Positions 38,829 through 49,482 are shown, counted from the first letter of the stretch. The stretch is DNA of 64,000 nt from an uncultured Candidatus Bathyarchaeia archaeon (GCA_964480955.1 CAYZRW010000001.1:49650-113649), one strand, 5' to 3'. The notes: generated by a model not told the origin, from the letters alone. Made by a program: numbers and translations.

Positions 38829-39560
38829 ATGTTCGAGGAGTTAATGCCTGAAATATGGACAGAACTCTTGCAGACAGTCCCAAGATTCCTTTTTGCAGCG
38901 GCCATTCTGGCTTTTGGTTGGGTCGCTGGACATCTGTTTGGCAGAGGTCTCTCACGGCTACTTGTGAAGTTGGGTTTCGAGGATCTTCTGCACAGAACAA
39001 TACTGGGCAAAGCGCTTGAGCAGTCAGGTACAACATGCGTCAAGTTCTTCGAGTTCACCATAAGGTGGATCATCTATCTACTCGCTATTCTTTTTGCACT
39101 GGATCTATTTCAGGTCGGAGTCCTGAGAACGCTGATCCAGACCACGCCCGAGTATCTCCCCAACATCGTGGCTGGGCTCCTAGTGCTATTCATAGGATTA
39201 GTGGTAGCAGACTTCATAGCTGACATCGCCAGGGTTATCGGGGCTGAGGCAAGGGTGGAGTTAGCCGGGCTTTTATCTATTGGACTGAGACTGATTGGCT
39301 ACTACGTGGTCGCCGTTATTGCACTAAGCATAATGAAGATCGATGTCACCATCCTTAACACAATCGGAAATGCTCTTGCCTGGGGCATTGCACTGGGAGC
39401 AGGTTTGGGCATCGGGATAGCATTCGGTTTCGGCCTCAAAGACTATGTCGCCAAGAATGTTGAAACCTGGATCAGTGCAACAAAGGAAGTCGCTAGGAAA
39501 CCGGAAGACTTCTGGTCCTGGTATACCCGGACCAAAGAAGAAAAGGAGACTGGAATCTAG
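38829..39560 (+). CDS. membrane protein with two MscS-type conserved TM-helix repeats and an MscS TM3-like segment, lacking the beta-domain
   Basis: FAAAILAFGWVAGHLFGRGLSRLLVKLGFEDLL and NIVAGLLVLFIGLVVADFIADIARVIG repeats, plus a GAGLGIGIAFGFG glycine zipper. Confidence 0.4.
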   Translation: MFEELMPEIWTELLQTVPRFLFAAAILAFGWVAGHLFGRGLSRLLVKLGFEDLLHRTILGKALEQSGTTCVKFFEFTIRWIIYLLAILFALDLFQVGVLRTLIQTTPEYLPNIVAGLLVLFIGLVVADFIADIARVIGAEARVELAGLLSIGLRLIGYYVVAVIALSIMKIDVTILNTIGNALAWGIALGAGLGIGIAFGFGLKDYVAKNVETWISATKEVARKPEDFWSWYTRTKEEKETGI

Positions 39561-40966
39561 CCGACCCGTAGCAGTCCGGCCTTGCTGAGTCTTGAGAAAG
39601 TGCTCTGGTTGCTTCTCGTTCTCAGGAGTGCGCTTACGGCAAAGTAGTTGACATCTGAGCTGAGTTCTTTCCAAGACGGTAATAGAAATTGCTCCGGATC
39701 ATGATCGTGCAGGAACTTGGTTCTGAACTCTCTGTAGAATCGCCGAAATCTCTGCAGATCTATCTCTCTTGAATAGTGTATTCTTTGATCAGTATCAACT
39801 TGCCTCTGCAGATCCTCAAAGCTCTTCCAATAGGTCGGTAACCTGGCCAGCGCCTCTTTTCTATATCGCGAGATCACTTGCTGCCGCCTCTCCTTGGATA
39901 GTTTGATACCTTCAAGTTCCAAGGTCCTGAGAACTCTGTTTGTTATCTGGAATATCATTGCATCAAGTCCTTTGATGGACTGACCTATGTGGAAGAATAC
40001 GTCAAGATCGACTTGAGCTATGGCTAAGGGGGATAGTCTTCTCATGGATTGATTTAGAATCGAGAATTCGATGCTGTAGTCGCTTGGGAAATGCATGCTC
40101 TCCAGAAGCTCTCGTTTAGCAGCGAACTCTCCCGAGAGAGGGTACTTCAGCATGTCGAATCCTTGAAATATGCTCGGAAACTCCTTCGTCAGAACCTTCA
40201 TGAGCGGGATCGCGAAGAGTCTGGTCACGCGTCCTCCGAACGTGTATGATCCATGTGGATGCTCATAGATCATTGTTAACCGCTTATAGAAGGCCTTAGT
40301 CATGGCGAAGCTGCGACTCCTTTTTCTTAGCCCTTCGACGATCGGATGGCACAGAGCAACAGCGAACTCTTTCTGGAAATTCATTATGTCGGAGTCGAGG
40401 AAACATACAATGTCGCCTTTAGTCATGGGAAGGGCAAGCCACAGTGCGGCGCCTTTACCCGGCGGTATAGATTTGAGATTAGTCCTGCTTGAGGCGCCGT
40501 ACTTCTCCAGTACATGAAAAAGATTCCTGTCAAACTGGTGAACTACCTTGACTATGAAGTCGAAGTATCCCCTCTTGGAGTGTATCGCTTCTGCGCGATT
40601 CTCTCTAAGCAGACCTACTTGTCGCCTGAAAAGGTCAAGCTCTTCGTAGGCAGTCTCAACAACTTTGACAAGTGTCGAAAAGTCCGGCTTGCCATGCTGA
40701 TCAAGAGATCCGTCGATGACCAAGATCTCATCGATATACCCTAAGTCGATGAGTTTACTACATTCAGAGAGCACTCTCTTGAGAACGTCCAGTTCGAGTT
40801 CACGCGTTTTCTTACCGACATCTATCTTGGTTGGTATTACAAGAGACAACAAGAGAGGCCTCTTGAGGTCTGCTTCGTCACGAATGAAACTGTTCAACTT
40901 CCTATCCAGGCACTTGTCGATATCGAAGTTCTTGTATGAACCTAGATCGGCGACTCCGGGTTGCAT
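39557..40966 (-). CDS. glucosyl-/mannosyl-3-phosphoglycerate synthase-like glycosyltransferase (GT81/GT55-like)
   Basis: GKGAALWLAL...GDIVCFLDSDI and LVIPTKIDVG match GpgS/MpgS-type retaining GTs. The start is taken at the internal ATG (40966) to avoid overlap with the HAD gene. Confidence 0.5.
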   Translation of the reverse strand: MQPGVADLGSYKNFDIDKCLDRKLNSFIRDEADLKRPLLLSLVIPTKIDVGKKTRELELDVLKRVLSECSKLIDLGYIDEILVIDGSLDQHGKPDFSTLVKVVETAYEELDLFRRQVGLLRENRAEAIHSKRGYFDFIVKVVHQFDRNLFHVLEKYGASSRTNLKSIPPGKGAALWLALPMTKGDIVCFLDSDIMNFQKEFAVALCHPIVEGLRKRSRSFAMTKAFYKRLTMIYEHPHGSYTFGGRVTRLFAIPLMKVLTKEFPSIFQGFDMLKYPLSGEFAAKRELLESMHFPSDYSIEFSILNQSMRRLSPLAIAQVDLDVFFHIGQSIKGLDAMIFQITNRVLRTLELEGIKLSKERRQQVISRYRKEALARLPTYWKSFEDLQRQVDTDQRIHYSREIDLQRFRRFYREFRTKFLHDHDPEQFLLPSWKELSSDVNYFAVSALLRTRSNQSTFSRLSKAGLLRVG

Positions 40967-40971
40967 GAATG

Positions 40972-41628
40972 TTAACCTCGGCCGAGCCTCTGCTTCAGGA
41001 ATGCCGTCGCTTGATAGAAGTTTTGAACAATAGCGTCCGCCTTCACCTTTATTCTTTCGCTTTTCGGATTGTATGCTACTGAGATGTCCGCTCCCTGCAA
41101 CATGCAATAATCTGAATCGCTATCGCCGATCGCGACAGAGACGCCTCCTAGAGCGCCCTGAAGTGACTTGAGAAGGCGAAGTTTGCAGACAAGGTACTCC
41201 TTACAATGAGGGATCTTCAAACAGCCAGGCACTGTCAAGACTTTTCCAGTCAAGCGATCTCCGTTAAATTGCAGTCTATTCGCATACACAAGATCCAGTT
41301 GAAGCCTATCTTTCAGCCTGTCAGCCAGGAACTTGTATGAATCTGTGGCCAAAGCAACCATGAAACCTCTGTCTCTTAGGAATGAAACAAACTCGTGAAC
41401 TCCTGCGTTCAGAGGGATCGAATCAAAAGCGTTCTCCAAGTCAGACCTACTCTTCCCGGACAAGAGTCCAGCTATTCCCATCGTGACCACAAACCTTGGG
41501 GCTTCCCTGAACTCAAGATCTAGCTGCTTGAGCTTGGACGTGAGGCCAAATCGGTCACATAATACGTCGATGGATCTCTTCGAGAGTATTGTCCCATCCA
41601 TGTCCAGCACGGCTACATCAGTCTTCAA
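40972..41628 (-). CDS. HAD-superfamily phosphatase (PSP-like), candidate glycosyl-3-phosphoglycerate phosphatase
   Basis: Motif I VAVLDMDGT near the N-terminus, with TTG at 41628 as start. Motif III/IV region GDSDSD. It sits immediately upstream of the synthase. Confidence 0.45.
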   Translation of the reverse strand: MKTDVAVLDMDGTILSKRSIDVLCDRFGLTSKLKQLDLEFREAPRFVVTMGIAGLLSGKSRSDLENAFDSIPLNAGVHEFVSFLRDRGFMVALATDSYKFLADRLKDRLQLDLVYANRLQFNGDRLTGKVLTVPGCLKIPHCKEYLVCKLRLLKSLQGALGGVSVAIGDSDSDYCMLQGADISVAYNPKSERIKVKADAIVQNFYQATAFLKQRLGRG

Positions 41629-41638
41629 TGGATCTCCC

Positions 41639-42769
41639 TCAAGATTCCAGAGTCTGCTTGTACACTTCGAGTGTCTTCTCAGCCGCCAGATCCCAGTTGA
41701 AGAGAGCCTCAACCCTCTTCCTCCCTTGTATCCCCATCCTCTGGCGCATTTCTGGATCTTTTAGAATCTGGATGATGCCTGCTGCGAGTCCTTCGTGGTC
41801 TGCAGGCCTTACCAGAATTCCGGTCTCTCCATCTGCGACCACCTCAGGGATTGCGCAGTGGTTGAAAGCCACTACAGGTCTGGCTGAGGCCTGAGCCTCA
41901 GCAGGGGTCAGACCAAACCCCTCCCACATACTGGGGTAGCAGAAGACATCACAGGCTGAGTAGAGACGAGGGATCTCTTCGTCAGGCACGTAGCCAGTGA
42001 AGACAAGAGCTTTGCGTATCCTACTCAAGACGGATTGATGAATCTTGACTTGGTCGAACCTCGTTCCGCCTGCTATGACGAACTTGGCGTTTGGGAATGC
42101 CTCCAAGACAAGAGGGACCGCCTTGAGCAAGTACTGCACTCCCTTGTAGGGGTCCATCCTTCCTACGTACAGAATCGTTGGGTTATCAGCTACACCATAC
42201 CTCTCCCAGATGGTTGACCTCTCTGTTCGTGGATGGAATCTCTCGAGATCGACCCCATTGTAGACTAGTGATATCTTCGCTTCATCGAAATGGTAGAAGC
42301 CAGTCAATAGTCTCTTGATGTATTGGCTGATCGCGATGACCTTGTTTACGCCTGCGTGCAGTGCCACGAACGTTCCAATCGTGTGGTCTATCATCTTGAG
42401 CCTCTGTGCCGGGTTAGTCCAACTTCTGATGGGTGCGTATCCATGGAACGTGAAGATGTGTGGAGTTTTCCTTAGAGAACGAACGAAGTTCCCGACGAAT
42501 ATGCTAGGGTGATACTGGGTATGGACAAGATCGAAGTCCTTGATCAACGTGCCACACTTGGCCATGAATCCGAAGTGTCGGATGAAAGGGATGTCTGAGC
42601 CAGTGAATCCCACTTCTATAGATTCTGTTGGCGAGATGTCGCCAAGTGTTTCACGCGTGAAAACCTTGAGCTCTAGGCCTTTGTTACGGAGCCTCTTGGT
42701 GAGTTCACGGATGTGTACAGTCTGGCCTGAGCCTTTGTGAAGAGTGCTTCTGACAATGGCGACTCTCAA
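41639..42769 (-). CDS. GT4-family glycosyltransferase
   Basis: 376 aa. GT-B fold with EGFGLTPAEAQASARPVVA (E-x7-E). Confidence 0.7.
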   Translation of the reverse strand: MRVAIVRSTLHKGSGQTVHIRELTKRLRNKGLELKVFTRETLGDISPTESIEVGFTGSDIPFIRHFGFMAKCGTLIKDFDLVHTQYHPSIFVGNFVRSLRKTPHIFTFHGYAPIRSWTNPAQRLKMIDHTIGTFVALHAGVNKVIAISQYIKRLLTGFYHFDEAKISLVYNGVDLERFHPRTERSTIWERYGVADNPTILYVGRMDPYKGVQYLLKAVPLVLEAFPNAKFVIAGGTRFDQVKIHQSVLSRIRKALVFTGYVPDEEIPRLYSACDVFCYPSMWEGFGLTPAEAQASARPVVAFNHCAIPEVVADGETGILVRPADHEGLAAGIIQILKDPEMRQRMGIQGRKRVEALFNWDLAAEKTLEVYKQTLES

Positions 42770-42805
42770 GTCAGTTCGCCCCTGAGTCTGGCCTCCTCTG
42801 TTAGT

Positions 42806-44044
42806 TCATTCGCCGTAGTGCGAAAGAAGAAACGGTTTCTGTTCTTCAAAGACAGAGGCTTCCTGTTCTATCAACCTGTTTGCTTCTTCATCCGTCATGT
42901 CTTTGGTCTGAAGGAGGAAGCTGTATGTCTTTCCAAGCCATAGACCCCGCAAGGAGATCAGGAGCTCGTTTCTGTTCTCTTCTTCTGTCTGTCTTGCGAA
43001 GGCGCAGGTGAACGAATAGACGGTCTTAGCCCAAACCTCAGGAGACATCTGCATCTTCTGTGAACTTGACAGCTCAGTTAGAGTTCTAAGCAGATCTTCC
43101 TCAAGCACTTTTCCGAGAAGCGCTCTTCTATCTGAGAGGGTCTCTCTGAATCCGCTGTAGAGTCTCAAAGAGTCCACTTTGACCGGTTCTGGCCCAGGAT
43201 GAGAGAATGGGTATTCTAGAAGTGGCACGGGTTTGCTTCGCAATACTTGTCTCCAGTATTTCTCGTACTCTTTCGCGCATGTGAACATCGACCCGACTAC
43301 CTGAGTGAACATCGCCGTCAGTTCAGCTCCGGGATCCTTTGCCTCGTGAACCTTTGATCCCAGCAGAGCCTCCATTATCTTGAGTCCGCTGGCAATGGCT
43401 GTGTGGGTGATGAATATGTCAATACCAAATCTTCTGACATATGTACTATTCCACAATGAGCTCTCAAGGAGCTTGGTCACTAGGGATTTTGAGAAACCAA
43501 AGTCGCCGCCGATAGGTTGACGAACTCTTAGACCGTATACCCCCCTTGTGAACGGATAACAGAGGTTATTGGTTATGGTGCCGTCAAATTTGTGGCGGAC
43601 ATAGTGTGGTGTTACGAGATCTGCGTCTCTCGATGCAGCTTCAAGCACAATCTTGCACCATTCAGGAGCAATACTTCGAAGGTCTGAGTCGAACATCGCG
43701 ACGGCTTCAACATCAAGAGAAGAGGCCGCTTCCAGGATTGCTCTAGTAGCCGACCCTTTTCCCGAAAGACCGACGTATCTAGTGAAAAAGCGGCTGACTC
43801 CATCAAGCCTGACAGCTTCAACGACTTCCCTTGTTCCATCCTGCGAACCACCGTCAGAGACTAGAATCAATGATCTGCGATCTGGAAAGTATTTAGCGAG
43901 GCCTCTTGCCACTTGGTGCAGAACATAGCCTATTGTGTGGGCGCAGTTGTAAGATGGGATCCCCACTAAGAGATCAGTCGTTCCCGCCTCAACAAGTCTC
44001 TTCGCCATTTCGGGATCCAGAGAAGCAAGATCTGAAGCGCTCAT
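42806..44044 (-). CDS. GT2-family glycosyltransferase
   Basis: GIPSYNCAHTI...VSDGGSQDGT...MFDSD is a GT-A DxD-type fold. Confidence 0.6.
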   Translation of the reverse strand: MSASDLASLDPEMAKRLVEAGTTDLLVGIPSYNCAHTIGYVLHQVARGLAKYFPDRRSLILVSDGGSQDGTREVVEAVRLDGVSRFFTRYVGLSGKGSATRAILEAASSLDVEAVAMFDSDLRSIAPEWCKIVLEAASRDADLVTPHYVRHKFDGTITNNLCYPFTRGVYGLRVRQPIGGDFGFSKSLVTKLLESSLWNSTYVRRFGIDIFITHTAIASGLKIMEALLGSKVHEAKDPGAELTAMFTQVVGSMFTCAKEYEKYWRQVLRSKPVPLLEYPFSHPGPEPVKVDSLRLYSGFRETLSDRRALLGKVLEEDLLRTLTELSSSQKMQMSPEVWAKTVYSFTCAFARQTEEENRNELLISLRGLWLGKTYSFLLQTKDMTDEEANRLIEQEASVFEEQKPFLLSHYGE

Positions 44045-44122
44045 GAGCTCAGATTAGACATTTGTTTCTTATGTAGTTTCCACAACAGGCAATATTGTCC
44101 AATCTATGGCATAGATTATTAG

Positions 44123-45358
44123 TTGACTAGCACTATTTGTAGACCTGACATGATCATGATCGATGATGTGTCGCTGGCACTGTTACTTGCAGCGGCGATA
44201 ATTGTGATCGGTTCCCTCGGGAGCTTTCTCTTTCGCAAAACAGGTGTTCCAGACATGATCTTCCTCGTGATACTCGGTATACTCTTCGGGCCGATAACAG
44301 GACTCATTCAACTGAAAGATATCGAACCTCTAGCACCTTACCTAGCAGTACTGACGCTGATAATAATCCTGCTTGATGGCGGAATGAGCCTCAGCCTACG
44401 TCAGACGATCAAGCAAAGCCCACGAGCAATTTTGCTGGCGGTTCTTGCATTCATCTTGAGCGTAGCCACTGTAGCCTTCTTTTCAAAGCTAACCTTGGGA
44501 CTGCGATTGTCGGAAGGGTTACTGCTCGGAAGTATCCTCGGCGGCAGCAGCTCGATCGTGGTAGTCTCCTTAGCTAACAGGATAGGCGTGAGTCAAGAAT
44601 GCTCGACCACTCTTATCCTAGAATCGGCGATAACCGATGTACTCTGCACGATTGCAGCTCTGACTCTGATCGGCATCATACTGTCTGGATTACCAACTAC
44701 GGAGGCCTTAGCATCTATTCTAGCTTCGAGGTTCTCAATCGGTGCGATGCTAGGCCTGATCTTCGGCCTCATCTGGATCGGTGCACTCTCTAGGATGCGG
44801 AATGAGCCATACCGGTACATGTTGACCTTGGCAGTGCTGTTTGCAGGCTACCAGGCATCTGAATCTCTTGGTGGGAGTGGAGCGCTATCAGTCCTCGCAT
44901 TTGGTATAGTACTGGGGAACGAAGGAGTGATCCTCAACCTCATCCGCAGATCGGAGATGCCGACTGTTGTCGATGAGTCGTTTAGGAAGCTGGAGGCCGA
45001 GATCGCTTTTCTCACAAAGGCATTCTTCTTTGTGTATCTTGGGCTCATAGTAAGTTTTCCAAGTGTCTTCTGGGTTGCGTACGGGCTTGTGCTATCGTTG
45101 CTCCTACTGTTGGTCCACTATATGGCTGTGGGCGTTGCGACTGTACTGAGTCCGATGCGACGGGAGAGGGGAGTCATGAGCGTAGTGTATTCGAGAGGGC
45201 TCGCTGCGGCTGTTCTTGCTGTTCTTCCTCAGCAGTTTGGTCTGGAGAACTACCAGATCTTTGTTCCAACAACTCTTATGGTCATACTGAGTACGGCACT
45301 CATCACCACGATAGGGGTCTTTCACTTCTCCCGCAAGACAAGGAATGCCAAAGCGTAA
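44123..45358 (+). CDS. Na+/H+ (cation:proton) antiporter, CPA1/NhaP type
   Basis: 411 aa, 11-12 TM helices, typical NhaP N-terminus. Confidence 0.65.
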   Translation: MTSTICRPDMIMIDDVSLALLLAAAIIVIGSLGSFLFRKTGVPDMIFLVILGILFGPITGLIQLKDIEPLAPYLAVLTLIIILLDGGMSLSLRQTIKQSPRAILLAVLAFILSVATVAFFSKLTLGLRLSEGLLLGSILGGSSSIVVVSLANRIGVSQECSTTLILESAITDVLCTIAALTLIGIILSGLPTTEALASILASRFSIGAMLGLIFGLIWIGALSRMRNEPYRYMLTLAVLFAGYQASESLGGSGALSVLAFGIVLGNEGVILNLIRRSEMPTVVDESFRKLEAEIAFLTKAFFFVYLGLIVSFPSVFWVAYGLVLSLLLLLVHYMAVGVATVLSPMRRERGVMSVVYSRGLAAAVLAVLPQQFGLENYQIFVPTTLMVILSTALITTIGVFHFSRKTRNAKA

Positions 45359-45453
45359 GTTCTCAAACGCCAGAAGAACTGACCATCCGGCTTCAAAAAG
45401 ATGCTCTTGATTCCAATACGTGATTCCTCAAACGACATCCTCGGGTCTATCTC

Positions 45454-46272
45454 TTATGCAACGTACCCGGGACTTCTCCTCGAGTTCTTGTATTCTATCT
45501 CAAGCTTTTGGACGAGTTCTGCGAATGAACGGTCCTGCTTCATCAATGAGTCCAGCTGCTTCTGGAATAGGTTCGCTTCCATCTGGAGTTCCTTCATGTC
45601 GACTTCAATATTCAAAAGGGCTTTGGCTTTGCTCAGGAGCTGATGGGCGGTTCTTGGATCAACATCGTTTACGTACTCTGGAGCGTGACCCCAAATACTG
45701 ACAGCTGGAATTCCTCTCCTTTCGCTCTCCCTGAGAACCAAGCTGTGAATGCTGCTTGGACCACTATATTCTGCGGGCTCGACACCTTTCCGTCTCATCT
45801 CTGTCATAAGTTTAGGGGTACTCGTTACTCCAGAGATCAACGGTTCGACAGTGTGAGGGATACGATCAACCAGTCCTCCAAGCAGACAGATGAGATTGAC
45901 CCTCCTAGGATCTAGTGCCTGGAACAATGATTCAACATATGTTCCCCAGTTAGTATGCGGTTCCACCCCTATCAGTATCAATAAGCCATGAGCAGACGAT
46001 TTGATCTTTGCAGCATACAGCTCATTGATTGGAGGCGTATAGTCTTTCACGAGTCCCTTCTTGATGTTAACTAGGGGACGTTCGATCACGAAGTCATAGA
46101 AGGGTAATGGGTCTATCTCGCCTATCTTCTCTGCCTTCAACTTATCCCGCAGATACTCTGCCGCGAATGTAGCCACTCTCTTAGCGTCCGGCCATCCAGC
46201 GAACGCCGCAACTACGTTGACAGTCTTGAAATCCATCTTCTTTAAGAGGCGCAGGTATTTCTTCTCGTCCAT
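45454..46272 (-). CDS. PAC2-family (proteasome assembly chaperone-like) protein
   Basis: 272 aa. VVAAFAGWPDAKRVATFAAEYL and GVEPHTNW resemble archaeal PAC2-domain proteins. Confidence 0.45.
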   Translation of the reverse strand: MDEKKYLRLLKKMDFKTVNVVAAFAGWPDAKRVATFAAEYLRDKLKAEKIGEIDPLPFYDFVIERPLVNIKKGLVKDYTPPINELYAAKIKSSAHGLLILIGVEPHTNWGTYVESLFQALDPRRVNLICLLGGLVDRIPHTVEPLISGVTSTPKLMTEMRRKGVEPAEYSGPSSIHSLVLRESERRGIPAVSIWGHAPEYVNDVDPRTAHQLLSKAKALLNIEVDMKELQMEANLFQKQLDSLMKQDRSFAELVQKLEIEYKNSRRSPGYVA

Positions 46273-46466
46273 GGGCTATCTGCAGTCCTACTTGTAATTG
46301 GTCTTAATAGCTCTCACTTCTAGGTCACAAATCAATATGGCTAGCTGAACGCGCACTTGCGAACGTCAACTTGGCGCATCTTACACCAGTGACGGCATAA
46401 GGTACGTGCAATAGCTTTCATAGCAGACAAGATAAAGCTGAAGACAGTGTCTTCAGAGGTGTCGAC

Positions 46467-46685
46467 ATGACGTGCTATTTCAGGCATCTTCGAGGCGTCT
46501 TCCAGAAGGCTGGAATAGAAGTCACCAAAGAAAACCGGCAAGACATCGACAGAGCAATTCACGACATTGTGAGCGTCAAATACAAGACCTGTCCGGCTGC
46601 TTGGAAAGAAGTAAAGAAGAGAATCACAGAGGACGAGGATGCTTTCGCTTCTGAGCTGAGGAAGACACTTAACAAGACGAAATAG
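46467..46685 (+). CDS. hypothetical small protein
   Basis: 72-aa ORF, basic. No motifs. Confidence 0.25.
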   Translation: MTCYFRHLRGVFQKAGIEVTKENRQDIDRAIHDIVSVKYKTCPAAWKEVKKRITEDEDAFASELRKTLNKTK

Positions 46686-46787
46686 ATGTTAGAGAACTGT
46701 TTACGTGAGCGGAGCACTCGCACCGCAAGGGATAGCCTCGACGATAAAGTCTAAAACATGTGGAGCTGACCTGTACAGCTGATCACG

Positions 46788-47372
46788 ATGAGGTCACAGG
46801 CACTCATAGGATTAGCCACTAGAAGGAAGACGACGAGAAGATTCGCGAAGACTCCTATTAACATGGAGGATGTTCTCTACTGCATCAGGGTTGCTATCCA
46901 GGCGCCGTCAGGAGCAAACAAACAGCCATGGCGGCTCCTAATTATTGATGATCCTAGCTTAAGGAGGAAGGCGCGTGCAGCATGCGAAGACCAGGAGAAG
47001 CTCTTTCACGCCAGTGCAGATCTAAGCCTGCAAAAATGGTTTCAATCGAAAAACATCACTTGGGACAAGCCATTTCTCACTGATGCGCCTATGCTTCTGG
47101 CAGTGTTCTCTAATCAAGACATGATCTACGCTACAGAGAGCACATGGTTAGCGATAGGCTACATCATTCTTGCTCTGGAGGAGAAAGGACTTGCTACAGT
47201 AGTGTACACGCCTCCATATCCGAAGGATCTGCGAAGCTTGTTTAATGCCCCACCAGAGTACAGGCTGGAAACAATATTGCCGATAGGTTACTCAGCAGAT
47301 ACGAAACCGAAGGAGGAGCGGCGGCCTCTCGAATCATTCATCTTCAGGAACTCTTGGGACAGGAGTACGTGA
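46788..47372 (+). CDS. nitroreductase family protein
   Basis: RRFAKTPI...APSGANKQPWRLLII is the nitroreductase FMN-binding signature. Confidence 0.65.
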   Translation: MRSQALIGLATRRKTTRRFAKTPINMEDVLYCIRVAIQAPSGANKQPWRLLIIDDPSLRRKARAACEDQEKLFHASADLSLQKWFQSKNITWDKPFLTDAPMLLAVFSNQDMIYATESTWLAIGYIILALEEKGLATVVYTPPYPKDLRSLFNAPPEYRLETILPIGYSADTKPKEERRPLESFIFRNSWDRST

Positions 47373-47485
47373 ACTCGGGAGTTCTAATCCGTCAGACGAA
47401 GGTTGCGTCTCGACCCCAGAACTTCCACGACGCGACTAAAAGTTCTGAATCCGCTTGGGCGAGACGGTCACATCAAGGTTTGTCA

Positions 47486-47845
47486 TCAGTTATTCTCAAC
47501 TTCTCGGTGTTTCTTTTCCGAGTGTTCGATGTCTCGTCCCAAGAAGTATCCTAGGGCAGTTCTGAGACCTATTATTGCTGCCAACTGTCCTATGCTGGTC
47601 CATGACGGTGCGACCGCTGTCTTGAGGATGTCTGCTGCTATCAGGAACTCTAGTCCGAGAGTGAGGGATCTGCCCATCCTCAATCTTATCGTCTCTTGAT
47701 ATGTTGAGGAGCCCGAGGTCTTCACAAGATCTTTGAAGTACGAATAGACTGTTCTAATTACTCCCAGAGAGATCACCAGGACGCCGCATGCCTCGGCAAT
47801 AATGCTCAAGTAGTCTATCAGGATTGTCAGGTAGGATTCCATCAA
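47486..47845 (-). CDS. small membrane protein (DUF-type)
   Basis: 119 aa, three TM helices. Confidence 0.3.
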   Translation of the reverse strand: MMESYLTILIDYLSIIAEACGVLVISLGVIRTVYSYFKDLVKTSGSSTYQETIRLRMGRSLTLGLEFLIAADILKTAVAPSWTSIGQLAAIIGLRTALGYFLGRDIEHSEKKHREVENN

Positions 47846-47974
47846 CTATTCCTCTGAGCGCATTACGTGTTTATTGAGATGACATGCCAAAAAAGCCTGG
47901 TATAATGGTTGTCTGAGAAAGGTGGCTTCTGCAATACTCTGGCCTTGCATTCCCCGTCATGGGTGAACTGAAGA

Positions 47975-48694
47975 ATGGAAGCAGAGGATAGTGTTGCTCG
48001 GGAGAGTCGGAAAAAGAAGCTTAGGATCACACTGCTCGTGCGAATACCTCTGTTTGTAGTTCTGCAGGTTTTGATCTTATTTGTCTCAGCAGGGCGCTTC
48101 GATATGCCACGCATGTGGCTCTATGTGGCCATGATCTGTGTGTACATTCCTGTGAGTATACTAGTTCTTTACAAGCTTAACCAGGAGCTAATTTACCAAA
48201 GGGCACACGGTTCAAGACACGGAACCAAATCCTGGGATAAAGTCTTGATGCCTGTGATAGTCATTCTGCCGTACTTCCAGCTTGCGGTAATCGGGTTAGA
48301 TGTCAGGCGATTTCGATGGTCAACTCTCAGTGCCGATTTTGCAGTAATCGGTGTACTGCTGTATGTCTTTGCGTCAGTCCTCATCAACTGGGGAATGATA
48401 ACAAATCGGTACTTTGAGCCGACGGTTCGGATCCAAAAAGAGAGAAACCATCAGGCTATAACTGGTGGACCGTACAAGATAATCAGACACCCAGGCTATC
48501 TCGCAGGAATACTCTTCCCGGTATCAATTACCATCATCATAGGCTCCGTCTTCGGCTTGATACCGGCGGGGATCAATGCCGTACTGATAACGGTCCGTAC
48601 GGCACTGGAGAACAGAACCTTGCAGAAGGAATTAAGCGGCTATTCCGAATACTCCAAGAAAGTTCGGTATCGTCTTCTTCCCGGAGTCTGGTAA
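47975..48694 (+). CDS. isoprenylcysteine carboxyl methyltransferase / PEMT-family membrane methyltransferase
   Basis: IRHPGYLAGIL and a C-terminal E...NR motif. Polytopic. Confidence 0.6.
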   Translation: MEAEDSVARESRKKKLRITLLVRIPLFVVLQVLILFVSAGRFDMPRMWLYVAMICVYIPVSILVLYKLNQELIYQRAHGSRHGTKSWDKVLMPVIVILPYFQLAVIGLDVRRFRWSTLSADFAVIGVLLYVFASVLINWGMITNRYFEPTVRIQKERNHQAITGGPYKIIRHPGYLAGILFPVSITIIIGSVFGLIPAGINAVLITVRTALENRTLQKELSGYSEYSKKVRYRLLPGVW

Positions 48695-48951
48695 CTACCA
48701 AATCTCAGGTTTGAAGGCACTCGTGATCTTCTCAACGATGTGCGGTGGGACGTCAGCTAGGTTGTGCTGGTTCCTAACGTGTTCTCTTGCTTGTTCCAGA
48801 GCTTCCTCGATGATGTTACCTCTATTTCAAAAAAGCATCCATCGATGGGGCACTTTAGAGTAGGGCCCAGCGCGCGCCACAATCTCATTACGGTTGATTG
48901 ACTACTTAATCTTATTGCAGGTTAGCGTGTGACGCCAGAAGCTAGGTGCGT

Positions 48952-49482
48952 TTAGAGTGGATGCTGCTGTGTTTTAGTATCAGATTCCTGCCATTTTGGA
49001 CAATTCTCAAAAAGCCTCTCAATTCCTAGACCGGGGAGCATTCGACCATATATGTTGTGGAAGAGTTCGAGGCCCTCTCTCTTTGGTATCGTTCCAGACC
49101 TTGAGGCGCCAATAATTACAGACGGAATCCCTGCAGTGGTGATCTCTAGGATCCCAGCCACGGTGTCGACCTCTCTATCGTTTGTAAGAACAGGCTGAGC
49201 TTTGTGTTGGAGTGCTAAAGCTAGACAAGCTTCCTCATGTACAGATAGTCTGATCCCGCTCTTTGACTCGATCTTATCTACTTGCATAAGATAATTCATC
49301 TCGGGATCGAAGAACTCCATCCAACCTTCAGTTAATGCTTCATCTAAAGCGTTGGTTGGTATCTCCTCTATGATTGATGTTGGTATCAGTACCTTTTGGT
49401 AGGCGTCCTTGAGGAGCCTGAGGGCATTATGCTTTTGCAGTAGAATCAGAACATGTGGATCTGGTATTGCGGTCATCATCAC
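48952..49482 (-). CDS. DUF3368-like PIN-fold putative toxin
   Basis: Overlaps the upstream UPF0175-like gene by ~56 nt. LLKDAYQKVLIPTSIIEEI is DUF3368-like. Confidence 0.4.
   Translation of the reverse strand: MMMTAIPDPHVLILLQKHNALRLLKDAYQKVLIPTSIIEEIPTNALDEALTEGWMEFFDPEMNYLMQVDKIESKSGIRLSVHEEACLALALQHKAQPVLTNDREVDTVAGILEITTAGIPSVIIGASRSGTIPKREGLELFHNIYGRMLPGLGIERLFENCPKWQESDTKTQQHPL

Noticed and set aside
41639-41712. Long N-terminus of the HAD ORF (start at 41712) overlapping the GT4 gene
   Set aside because: HAD motif I (DxDGT) must lie near the N-terminus. The TTG at 41628 gives a normal architecture and removes the 74-nt overlap.
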